DNA from: a virus
Lineage: Duplodnaviria > Caudoviricetes
Reading direction: 5' to 3' (one strand)
Length of the DNA: 59,545 bases
Virus record (IMG/VR): IMGVR_UViG_3300045284_000044
Span: 1 to 59,545 of that record
Shown: piece by piece, positions 7,284 through 15,542 of the stretch
How the letters are laid out: each line of letters starts with the position of its first letter
How positions within the stretch are numbered: position 1 is the first letter of the stretch
The notes under the pieces: generated by a model
Told to the model about the DNA's origin: nothing
Databases searched by the model: none
Seen by the model: only the letters and a program-made list of their open reading frames with translations
Position numbers and translations under genes: made by a program

Positions 7284-7758
7284 TGTTACTGATACTGGGA
7301 TTGGCGACGATAGCAATTCTAGTGGTAGCACTAGTTCTCATGAAGCTGTATGTATTTCTCCAAATACACAAGATGTAAACGTAAACGTCGGCATGATTAA
7401 GTCAACGTATCACTTATCAGGAAAGCCGAACGAACGGTTAATCCTGATCCATTTGTGTGAGAGAGTAGGAGCACAGTTCAAGTATGATGCAGAGAATGAC
7501 TGGTGTGTAGTTACGGCGTTAGATCCAAAGCACTTACAGCAAGTCCGATCAGAATTCGACAGTGTTATCCAGTACGGAATTCGAAATCTTGTGTGGTTAC
7601 AAGCAGACCCAAGATACACAGGAGTGTCTGTAAAAACACTACACTCGGAATTCATGCGAGGTTTTGCTAATGGTATCATTGGTGAGGGCAACTACGTCCG
7701 ATCCAAAACCGCAATCGAACGAAAAGGATTGAGAGCGGGGTTAGCTTATGGGAAGTGA
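7252..7758 (+). CDS. Hypothetical protein (true start probably downstream)
   Basis: ORF tiles the operon. Confidence 0.6.
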   Translation: MQKRWPTAASNVTDTGIGDDSNSSGSTSSHEAVCISPNTQDVNVNVGMIKSTYHLSGKPNERLILIHLCERVGAQFKYDAENDWCVVTALDPKHLQQVRSEFDSVIQYGIRNLVWLQADPRYTGVSVKTLHSEFMRGFANGIIGEGNYVRSKTAIERKGLRAGLAYGK

Positions 7759-8032
7759 ACTGAGTATTGACACAATCAAGGAACTACTGGCAAGTAAGCC
7801 TAAGCGTGGCGGTAGTCCTCGTAAAGACGTAACAGAGCCACGGACTATCGAAAACTGGTGGAAACAACAGCAACACTTTGTTAATGCTGAGGATACAGGA
7901 CTTGTTTGCATGAATGTAAACTGTCTCGATCCAAAACCAGGTAGAGTTAGAGTTTTGGCTGATATTAAAGGCCGAATGTGTTGTAGGTATTGTTTCCTCG
8001 ATGGTTGGCTGAGTGGTAAAGAGTATGACTGA
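7748..8032 (+). CDS. Zinc-finger-like protein carrying the LSIDTIKELL motif
   Basis: CMNVNC ... CCRYC. Confidence 0.7.
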   Translation: MGSELSIDTIKELLASKPKRGGSPRKDVTEPRTIENWWKQQQHFVNAEDTGLVCMNVNCLDPKPGRVRVLADIKGRMCCRYCFLDGWLSGKEYD

Positions 8033-8555
8033 TATTCAGGACACTCAGGAAGGCCCTAGTGACTTAGATGGGCCTAACGGGGATATCCCGGCTCACGTCC
8101 GTACCAGGTTTGCGGGGAATGATACCCTTCTTAGCCTTACCACCAAACTTTACGACGGAATGGAGGAACGCGCGAATAAGGGTGTTTATGTCGGAAGTAT
8201 CACTAAGCTGTTTGACGAGCTGAGACTACCGCAAGCGTATTACTCGCGGATTACGCAGCAGTTGAAGAAGTTAGGCTATGCCGAGCAGATTGAGCGCGGC
8301 GCACCCGGCCGCCCGTCAGTCTGGAAACTATGGCACCGTCCAGACCCGGACACCTGGAAACTTCTATACGTCCGGCGGGGCGAAGGGTTGACACCCCCGC
8401 CCGGACGTGATACGCTTACGAGTGTAAGCAACCGGGTAGAGGCACTAGAGAAAAGGCTTGGCGGATTAAATGTAGTAACGGCAATAGCCGAACTAAGCAA
8501 AGAAATCCAAAAAGCACAGGAGAGAATAGATGGCCTCTCGACAGCAACAGAGTAA
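8013..8555 (+). CDS. Putative winged-helix DNA-binding protein with C-terminal coiled coil
   Basis: ITKLFDELRLPQAYYSRITQQLKKLGYAEQIERG...SVWKL resembles a wHTH. Confidence 0.6.
   Translation: MVKSMTDIQDTQEGPSDLDGPNGDIPAHVRTRFAGNDTLLSLTTKLYDGMEERANKGVYVGSITKLFDELRLPQAYYSRITQQLKKLGYAEQIERGAPGRPSVWKLWHRPDPDTWKLLYVRRGEGLTPPPGRDTLTSVSNRVEALEKRLGGLNVVTAIAELSKEIQKAQERIDGLSTATE
8388..8416 (+). promoter_or_regulatory. Intragenic sigma70/SigA-type promoter
   Basis: TTGACA(8388-8393)-17 bp-TACGCT(8411-8416), with TG-N. Confidence 0.75.
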
Positions 8556-8622
8556 GTCAAGAACAACAGCAACAAGTAAGTCAACAACAAGCACAGCGAC
8601 AGTAACAAAGGAGAAAAAGAAT

Positions 8623-8922
8623 ATGGCACTTACGCCAGATCAGATCAATCAGCTGCTTTCGGATCAGCGTGGTCGTGGAGACTATGGTGTTTACCTCGAT
8701 ACGTTCGTAAAGTCCGGTAGTGCTGGTGAGGAAGTCGATCTTAAGGGTGGACTTCTTGCAGGTAAGACTCCCGATAAGGTTAAGACGGGTATCGGGAATG
8801 CAATCAAGTCCCGCGATAAGGATGGCAACCTTCGTCATCCCGAAGCACAGAACGTTGTGGTTATCTCTAAGGATGACCATGTGTTCGTGATTAACCGCGA
8901 CGTTGTTGCGGGCCAGGGCTAG
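8623..8922 (+). CDS. Small protein, paralog of 1514..1825, starts MALTPDQINQLL
   Basis: RBS AAGGAG before ATG 8623, in frame with ORF 8530..8922. Confidence 0.8.
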   Translation: MALTPDQINQLLSDQRGRGDYGVYLDTFVKSGSAGEEVDLKGGLLAGKTPDKVKTGIGNAIKSRDKDGNLRHPEAQNVVVISKDDHVFVINRDVVAGQG

Positions 8923-8941
8923 TATTAATTAGCCAAGTATG

Positions 8942-8969
8942 GGGGAGGGTTACCACAAGTAACCCTCCC
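8942..8969 (+). terminator. GC-rich hairpin after 8623..8922
   Basis: GGGAGGGTTAC-CACAA-GTAACCCTCCC; no U-tract, so may be a processing or stability hairpin. Confidence 0.45.
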
Positions 8970-8970
8970 T

Positions 8971-9125
8971 CATAAAAGGGTGCAATTACATACCTAGGAC
9001 TGCTGTTATACAGTTACCGAGATTAAGGTACGTACTAACTGTTTAAGGCGCCATACGCAGCTAGTAAGGAACTTGTCCCGATTAACTGAAACAGTAGGAA
9101 CAAAGTGTAATTGCACCCTTTTATG
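8971..9125 (+). ncRNA. Putative structured RNA cassette H
   Basis: 21-bp closing stem CATAAAAGGGTGCAATTACAT/GTGTAATTGCACCCTTTTATG around about 113 nt with nested stems (CTGC/GCAG, ACAGTTA/TAACTGT). Confidence 0.65.
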
Positions 9126-9172
9126 GGACACTCAACCCATACACAGTAACACTACATAGGAGCTAGATTCAA

Positions 9173-9355
9173 ATGCAGCGCCATTACAATACCGAAAACG
9201 AATTCATCAATGCTGAGGTTACTCGTCTTGGTTGGGATGAAGTTGAGCGGCTTTTGGATATTGGCTTTGAACCTAAGCTCACTAACGAAGGCTGGCGTTG
9301 GATTCAAGTTCCTCTTATTACTGTAAACCCTACGAAGCGGAGGGTTAGGGTTTAA
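9173..9355 (+). CDS. Small hypothetical protein
   Basis: RBS AGGAG. Confidence 0.7.
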   Translation: MQRHYNTENEFINAEVTRLGWDEVERLLDIGFEPKLTNEGWRWIQVPLITVNPTKRRVRV

Positions 9356-9369
9356 GTAAAACAAAATGT

Positions 9370-9445
9370 GCGGGTTCAAATCCTGCCCGTGGCCGTAGAC
9401 TACGGAAACGCTACATGGCAGTAGCGAAAGAGGTTGGCTTCCTCT
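9370..9445 (+). ncRNA. tRNA-like RNA 4, circularly permuted arm order
   Basis: T-arm GCGGG-TTCAAAT-CCTGC, then loop-closed helix CCGTGG/CTACGG, then CGCTAC-ATGGCA-GTAGCG, then AGAGG-TTGGCTT-CCTCT. Confidence 0.6.
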
Positions 9446-9485
9446 ATCTACTTTTAATTTAGTTGTAACAGTATTAGTTATGCAC

Positions 9486-9514
9486 TTGACACCGCTCCCA
9501 GCGTGTGCTACGCT
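9486..9514 (+). promoter_or_regulatory. Sigma70/SigA-type promoter with extended -10
   Basis: TTGACA(9486-9491)-17 bp-TACGCT(9509-9514), with TG-N. Confidence 0.8.
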
Positions 9515-9655
9515 ACTAAAGCTGGTCGAGCGCGCTTCCGGCATCCGGCGCAATAACCGGATCAAAGGGGGTTAGCGCGTTAAGGTGCCTGTGCTCACTT
9601 TGACCGTTAACCCCCTTAAAAATGTTTTCACTTCTGAAAACAGCTTGAAAATGCT

Positions 9656-9679
9656 TGCCCCACTAAAGGGGCATTTTTT
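9656..9679 (+). terminator. Rho-independent terminator
   Basis: TGCCCC-ACTAAA-GGGGCA followed by TTTTTT. Confidence 0.75.
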
Positions 9680-9777
9680 GTATTAACAAATAGAAAGGGG
9701 TGATACAGCTAGACAACTAGCAATCCCACCGCATATACTCGGTGGAATCTAGTAAACTACACAGGAGATTTAACCTT

Positions 9778-10134
9778 ATGAAGCGTAAGCTGTCACTTAC
9801 CGTTGCCCTACTAGCCGTAGGGCTAGCGGGACAAACAGCCCAAGCTGATTCAAGTAAGTCGAACTATAACACAGCACAAAAAGCAGTTTGTTATTACTTT
9901 GGCCCGAACTGTACGCAAGCAATGAAGATTGTTAACTGTGAAACAGGTGGGTCATACAGTCCGTGGGCATCGAATGGTCAATATCTTGGAATGTTTCAGA
10001 TGGGATCATATGCCAGAAGTAGGTACGGTCACGGTAATAATGTTTGGGCACAGGCAAAGGCTGCATATGCATACTTTAAGGATGCAGGCTGGGCACCGTG
10101 GCTAAACTACGAACCTCCGGGATGCGGCAGTTGA
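9778..10134 (+). CDS. Secreted lysozyme-fold lytic transglycosylase (SLT/Rpf-like)
   Basis: Signal peptide ending AQA; catalytic IVNCETGG; GQYLGMFQM; GWAPW; RBS AGGAG. Confidence 0.8.
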   Translation: MKRKLSLTVALLAVGLAGQTAQADSSKSNYNTAQKAVCYYFGPNCTQAMKIVNCETGGSYSPWASNGQYLGMFQMGSYARSRYGHGNNVWAQAKAAYAYFKDAGWAPWLNYEPPGCGS

Positions 10135-10212
10135 GGGTGCGATCCTATTTCAGTAGATCCAAATTCGAGTACGGAGTTTTGCCCATCTTGTGGTAAATAC
10201 GTAGAGATAATA

Positions 10213-10641
10213 ATGCCGGATACAGGATGGTGCGAGTCCTGTTCCGGCATTACTTCTAGGATTTGCGTGAGATGTGGTGACGAATTTATGTCCAAAACAC
10301 TGGGCTACGTTTGTGAACCCTGCCTTAACATAACGTATAATGACATAGAAATTCTGTTGTTCAATGGCTTTAGCCTCACTAGAGCTAAGGTAATAATTGC
10401 GGAGAACAATCGTGCTTATTGCCTTTGCTGTGGTGACTATATGCCAAGAGCACTTAAAGGGCGTCATCACTTTTGCACAAAGAAACCTAACTGCCGGCGA
10501 TCAGCACGTCGATTAAAGTATTACCGGCAAATGTTAGCGATGGACAAAGAGGCAGCACTAGAACGTGTGTTGCAATCTTTGGAATTCGAACAGCAACAAG
10601 CAGCAATAATAGAAAGTCTACTAACCCAGCACAGGGAGTAA
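10213..10641 (+). CDS. Cys-rich zinc-finger protein
   Basis: Multiple CxxC pairs. Confidence 0.7.
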   Translation: MPDTGWCESCSGITSRICVRCGDEFMSKTLGYVCEPCLNITYNDIEILLFNGFSLTRAKVIIAENNRAYCLCCGDYMPRALKGRHHFCTKKPNCRRSARRLKYYRQMLAMDKEAALERVLQSLEFEQQQAAIIESLLTQHRE

Positions 10642-10645
10642 TAAC

Positions 10646-12214
10646 ATGGAGATCAAGCCACCTGAACCGTGGCAAGAAACAGATATCAACTATCTCCTAG
10701 AGCGACCCATCGCAAAGGGATCAGCTAACTGGTCACAAATGGGTGGGAAGAAAACCAGCACAGGATTGTGGTTTGCATCCCAGCTTGCGGAGAACTTGGG
10801 GATTGTTAATCCCAAGATTCTAATCATCACCACTCGTTCCGGTAAGGGGACATACTTTCAGTTGGCCCCTGGATTGCTGCCTGGATGGACAATCTTTAAC
10901 ATCGGAACTCAGAGTGTGCATGTTTTGCTGAACGGCTTGGAGCTAAAGCTGCCGCTTGAGACTATCGGTAGTGATTATTCAATGCCAGTTCTAGCGGTGA
11001 CACATTACAATGTATTCACCAAGTCCAATCTTGGTGTACCCGAAGTCGATGACGAGGGATATCCTAAGACTGACGAGAGCGGTAAGATTATCTTCAAGCC
11101 TCTACAGCAGGCTGATTATCTTCTGGACATTGATTGGGACATTGTAATCCTTGATGAGGCCCATCGTATTAAGAACCGTAAGGGTAAGTGGGTCAAGAAC
11201 ATCAAGCGTCTTAAGGCCAAGCACCGTCACATCATGACGGGTACGGGATTCATTAATCGTCCCGATGAAATCTGGTCGCTGTTCAACTTCCTGGATCGAC
11301 GCGAATACAATAACTACTGGAAGTTTCGCAAAGAGTTCTGCTACGAGGAATCTGCGTTCGATGAAAACTCAGAGGACAATGGTTACACTAAGGTAGCAGG
11401 AATCAAGCCAGAGAAGTTGGCAGAGTTTAGAGCACTCGTTAGGGCATTTGGCCCACGTCGAGAACTCAGAGAGGTAATGCCTCATCTCAAAGAACCGATT
11501 AAGGTTCGTCGTGATGTAGAACTTTCTCTACCTCAGCGGCGAATGTTCAATGAGATCCAAGCGTTTCTTGAAACTTTGGACAGAGAGGGTAAGCCACTCT
11601 CTACACCTGGTGCTCTCGCTGCGTTACAGCGATTGCGAATGGTTACAGTCGCAACTCCTATCGTCGTCGGTGATTACTACGATGAAAAGGAAGAACGACG
11701 GGTAATCAAGATCGAGCTGGAGGAACCTTCTTCTAAGCTGGACGCTGTAATGGACGTTCTTGATGAACTTGAATGGGACGATGAATCGAAACAACAGGTT
11801 GTAATCTTTTCAAATTTCACTGATCCTTTGAAGTTGCTTGAGGTAAGATTACAGAATGCTGATATCCCATATCTCTGGATGAAAGCATCGCATAGTGACC
11901 AAGAGCGGTTCCAAATGTGGGCAGAAGAATGGCCTAAGAAGGAACACAGGGTATTCATGTCTACTGTAGCACTAGGTGGAGAGTCAATCAACTTGACGTC
12001 GGCTCAATACTTGATCTTTTTGGATCGTAGTTGGAGTCCAAAGGATAACAATCAGGCCATCGGTCGTATTGATAGGCCAGGTCAAACAGGCCAGCCGGTT
12101 GTTATCAACATCGAAGCAGAGGATACAACCGACCAAGTTGTCGAGGATAAGGTAAACATGAAGGAAGGTTGGTTCCGTCAGATATTCGGACGCGAACCTT
12201 CCTCGTTGGTATGA
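10646..12214 (+). CDS. SNF2-family (superfamily 2) helicase
   Basis: ILDEAH, MTGT, VVIFS, GESINLT, QAIGRIDRPGQ motifs; Walker A variant MGGKKT. Confidence 0.9.
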   Translation: MEIKPPEPWQETDINYLLERPIAKGSANWSQMGGKKTSTGLWFASQLAENLGIVNPKILIITTRSGKGTYFQLAPGLLPGWTIFNIGTQSVHVLLNGLELKLPLETIGSDYSMPVLAVTHYNVFTKSNLGVPEVDDEGYPKTDESGKIIFKPLQQADYLLDIDWDIVILDEAHRIKNRKGKWVKNIKRLKAKHRHIMTGTGFINRPDEIWSLFNFLDRREYNNYWKFRKEFCYEESAFDENSEDNGYTKVAGIKPEKLAEFRALVRAFGPRRELREVMPHLKEPIKVRRDVELSLPQRRMFNEIQAFLETLDREGKPLSTPGALAALQRLRMVTVATPIVVGDYYDEKEERRVIKIELEEPSSKLDAVMDVLDELEWDDESKQQVVIFSNFTDPLKLLEVRLQNADIPYLWMKASHSDQERFQMWAEEWPKKEHRVFMSTVALGGESINLTSAQYLIFLDRSWSPKDNNQAIGRIDRPGQTGQPVVINIEAEDTTDQVVEDKVNMKEGWFRQIFGREPSSLV

Positions 12215-12639
12215 CCAAGCACAATAAAGAACTTCAAAGAATAAGCAGAGAGCTTGCCTCCATACAACGGAGGCAAGCTAATCTGCAAGAGATTAACGAT
12301 CTAATTCGCTGGATGCAGTTTCGTTTTGATGATCCTGACACTCCGGCTACCTTAATCAGAGCCAATCTAGCTCGCATTATTCGTTTGGCTAAGAAGGAAG
12401 GTTTGAAGATCGATCCTGAATTCCTTAAAGACATCAAACGAGTTGATAACATAGGTGATATTATGACTCAACTCGACCGGGCATTCAGGAAGTATGCTAA
12501 ACGAAAGCCCGAGCCGGAGGTCATTAAACGCGAGCCGCATATTTGTGCTTACTGTAACAAACGTGAAGCACACTTCGGCGATCTATGTAAGCGGTGCGCC
12601 AATGAACTAGGTGTCAGGCCAACCGGAAAAGTAACATGA
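12211..12639 (+). CDS. Hypothetical protein with C-terminal zinc finger
   Basis: ATGA overlap with the helicase stop; CAYC..CKRC. Confidence 0.7.
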   Translation: MTKHNKELQRISRELASIQRRQANLQEINDLIRWMQFRFDDPDTPATLIRANLARIIRLAKKEGLKIDPEFLKDIKRVDNIGDIMTQLDRAFRKYAKRKPEPEVIKREPHICAYCNKREAHFGDLCKRCANELGVRPTGKVT

Positions 12640-12890
12640 TAAAAAGAATTGTCTATGGGCCACCGAACTGGCTCGTCGATAAGTTTACTACGGAAGATCG
12701 ACGAGCCTTTGGCTTTTGGACAATCATATTCTCAATGGTCGGTGCTATATTCTTCGGACGTCAAGTATTATACGTGACGATCCTAAGCATAGTTGCCCTC
12801 ATCCCGAACTACGCAAGTGAAACACCTGTTGAAATAGAAACGGGAGAAGGAGAGGAGTCAGCACAGAATGAGCAAGAACAAGACAGCTAG
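12636..12890 (+). CDS. Small membrane protein
   Basis: Two hydrophobic segments. Confidence 0.65.
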   Translation: MIKRIVYGPPNWLVDKFTTEDRRAFGFWTIIFSMVGAIFFGRQVLYVTILSIVALIPNYASETPVEIETGEGEESAQNEQEQDS

Positions 12891-13170
12891 TCTACGAGTG
12901 AGATATGCGCTAGATCATCATGCACAGGTGCTAAAGCCCCTTTTTGAAGGTCTACAACACGCACTCGATTTTAGTGGAGTTATGCAGTCATTCGGTTCAC
13001 GTTTAGGCGGGGCTAATAGCAACTACTTTGATACCCCACAGCGCAGATATCACATTAAGGGTATCGTGCGTCCCACACCGGGTATTGAAGTACGATATTC
13101 TCCGCGTGGGCCTGTAGTTGTGAAGCTCAAGAATGAACGTGATGCAATCAGGTTCGTGGAAGGACTGTAA
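12868..13170 (+). CDS. Hypothetical protein
   Basis: RBS GAGGAG. Confidence 0.7.
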   Translation: MSKNKTASLRVRYALDHHAQVLKPLFEGLQHALDFSGVMQSFGSRLGGANSNYFDTPQRRYHIKGIVRPTPGIEVRYSPRGPVVVKLKNERDAIRFVEGL

Positions 13171-13394
13171 TGGCATACAGTAACGTTTCAATTCACAGAA
13201 AGTTGATTCGCATTAGCGGCCCTTCAATGGAGAAGTATGTCAGTGAAGAAACAGAACAGGGAGTAAGGGCCGGTCGAGCACAGTTCGATGATGCGAATCA
13301 AGAAGTAGTTGATGGTATTAACTGGAGCGAAGTCGAAGAAGCACTTAATGACCAGCTCCCCGAGGGATACAAGGCTAAGGTGGTGGACTTTTAG
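13170..13394 (+). CDS. Hypothetical acidic protein
   Basis: TAATG coupling; RBS AAGGA. Confidence 0.7.
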   Translation: MAYSNVSIHRKLIRISGPSMEKYVSEETEQGVRAGRAQFDDANQEVVDGINWSEVEEALNDQLPEGYKAKVVDF

Positions 13395-13547
13395 CCATGA
13401 TTATCGGCGAGTTGATTGTCTTGTTAGGTAAGCATAACATCAACGACGAAGTCGTTATGGAAGTCAACGGCCAGTTAACACAGATCCATTCAGTAGATCA
13501 CATGGTTCTGGAAAACTTACAAACCAAGATAATCATCTCGGACTACC

Positions 13548-13994
13548 ATGAATCAACTGACAGCTGAACAAATAGCTGAGTTGCTTAAACCCAAACGGGG
13601 CAAGCGCCGAGGTCAAACCCGCACAGCCGAAGAACTACAGACTGATCTATTTGATGTCCGTATTGAGGTCGAACCTATGCCTTGCTCCGGCTGTGGGGTT
13701 TTGAGGAATCAAGATGGCTACTGCGTTAACCCCAATTGTGAAGTTGATGCAGCTATTCCAACCTATGCGTGTCACTACTGCGGCCATTGTTCAACTCCGA
13801 ATAAGTGCGTGTCATCGGTTGAGTGTCCACTTTGCATAAGTCCCCCTGGGGAGCTATGTAGAGCGCGTGGTACGTTTACTTCTTACCACGAAGATAGGTG
13901 GCTTGTAGTCAAAAAGCTGCATGGTACCTATTATAAGCGCGAGAGTAATGAAAATGTTAGGATTTTACAACAGCTTGGGCTTTGGCCTGAGTAA
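13548..13994 (+). CDS. Cys-rich zinc-finger protein, starts MNQLTAEQIAELL
   Basis: Several CxxC motifs; CPLC..PGELC..YHEDR. Confidence 0.75.
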   Translation: MNQLTAEQIAELLKPKRGKRRGQTRTAEELQTDLFDVRIEVEPMPCSGCGVLRNQDGYCVNPNCEVDAAIPTYACHYCGHCSTPNKCVSSVECPLCISPPGELCRARGTFTSYHEDRWLVVKKLHGTYYKRESNENVRILQQLGLWPE

Positions 13995-14032
13995 GTTAGT
14001 GCCCACTACGGGCCTTGCTGCCGTAAATGGGC

Positions 14033-14061
14033 TTGACAAGCGGAACGCTTTGTGCTATGCT
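14033..14061 (+). promoter_or_regulatory. Sigma70/SigA-type promoter for the recombination/replication operon
   Basis: TTGACA(14033-14038)-17 bp-TATGCT(14056-14061), with TG-N. Confidence 0.8.
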
Positions 14062-14213
14062 GTTCCCTCGTCTAGTCCTCCCGAGGCCCTAGACGAGCCA
14101 CAGTACCGCAGGCAGGATTAGCCCATAGTCTCTCGAACTGTGGGCTATCCTGTTTTATCAAGCACAGTAGGAACTTCGCGGTGTTAGATAACACCAGACA
14201 GGAGTTGTGATAA

Positions 14214-15542
14214 ATGTCGTTAGACCTTTCTAGGGCTTTAGTTAAGCCGCCTATTGCTCCCAGCAAGTGGGATATAATTCCCTTGCATACGAGTGATAGA
14301 GGTACATTCAAACAATGTAGACGTAAATGGAACTGGAGTAGTCCCGCAAGGAACAACCTAGTTCCAAGGGCAAGTATTCACGGTATCGTAGAGCCGTTAT
14401 GGTTCGGTACTGGTATTCATTACGCGCTAGAGCGTGGATACAACCCCGAACTTCCCGAGGATTTTGTTGTAGCTTGGGAAACGTGGTTTGATTTACAGTT
14501 GCATGGCGGCCTCGTAACTGAGGCCGAACTGTCTGAATTTGAAGATCGTTCACCTGAGCCAATCCGCGATGATACGTCTGGCCCTGATCGTATTTATAGG
14601 GTCAAAGGGTTGGACGAGATTCAACCGGACTTTGACCCGGATCATTTTGCCGAGGTAAAGGATTTAGGAATCGGCATGATGAAGTTTTACAAAGACTATG
14701 CCCGTGAGCACGATAACTTCTCGGTTATCGCAACCGAGCATACGTTTAGTGTTCCAATCTTAGACGAATCGGGTCAAGCAATCTATATGCTTGATACTCG
14801 AAGGATGCCTGAATCGTGGCTAGACCAATGGGAAAACGATATTCCAGAAAACAAGTATGGCCCATTGGTTAAGCCGGGAGCGGGTGGATATTACAAGCAA
14901 GTCCATGCCCGAGGTCGAATGGACTTAATCATTCAGGATAATGATTCGGGTAGGTACGGACTTAAGGACTACAAAACTGCAAAGACTATAGGTGAGGATT
15001 ACTTTAGGCACATTGAACTTGATGAGCAAGTAACTACTTATGCCTTTGCAGCAGAGCGTGAAGCTGAGGACTTTGATCTGCCTTATCAGGACATTGACTT
15101 CATTGTATATGAGGCAATCCTAAAGGCGTTCCCTCGGCCTCCGACAATCACGACGCGAGGTATGCCTAGTATCAATCGTCAGGAAGAAGCTACCACAGCT
15201 GAGTTGTTCGCTGAGACTATCGACGTATTGGGAATTCGCTTTATCTACGATCACGATACGAAGATGCAAGCGTACTACGCATGGCTGTTGGAATCAGGCG
15301 ATGAGCGATTCGTTAATCGTTATATTGCTAGGCGCAATAAGTATCAAAAGGCTAGTGCGGGCCGGCGTCTGTTTCTTGAAGCACAGGATATGTGTGACCC
15401 AGGCTTGCGAATCTACCCGAATCCAACTAAGGATTATAGTTGCCTTAACTGTGCGTTCCGTGCTCCTTGTATTGCTATGGAGGACGGTAGTGACTGGCAA
15501 TCAATGATTGATGATGGATTCGAGACTAACCATGATCGCTAA
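14214..15542 (+). CDS. PD-(D/E)xK exonuclease, Cas4/AddB-like phage recombination nuclease
   Basis: FKQCRRKW, GTGIHYALE, GRMDLI, DYKT, QVTTY, C-terminal CLNCAFRAPC (four-Cys Fe-S pattern). Confidence 0.85.
   Translation: MSLDLSRALVKPPIAPSKWDIIPLHTSDRGTFKQCRRKWNWSSPARNNLVPRASIHGIVEPLWFGTGIHYALERGYNPELPEDFVVAWETWFDLQLHGGLVTEAELSEFEDRSPEPIRDDTSGPDRIYRVKGLDEIQPDFDPDHFAEVKDLGIGMMKFYKDYAREHDNFSVIATEHTFSVPILDESGQAIYMLDTRRMPESWLDQWENDIPENKYGPLVKPGAGGYYKQVHARGRMDLIIQDNDSGRYGLKDYKTAKTIGEDYFRHIELDEQVTTYAFAAEREAEDFDLPYQDIDFIVYEAILKAFPRPPTITTRGMPSINRQEEATTAELFAETIDVLGIRFIYDHDTKMQAYYAWLLESGDERFVNRYIARRNKYQKASAGRRLFLEAQDMCDPGLRIYPNPTKDYSCLNCAFRAPCIAMEDGSDWQSMIDDGFETNHDR

Noticed and set aside
1046-9125. 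Stem-closed cassettes as retron msr-msd or DGR elements
   Set aside because: No reverse transcriptase is recognisable anywhere in the genome, and there is no long msd-like hairpin or TR/VR pair with adenine-specific differences.
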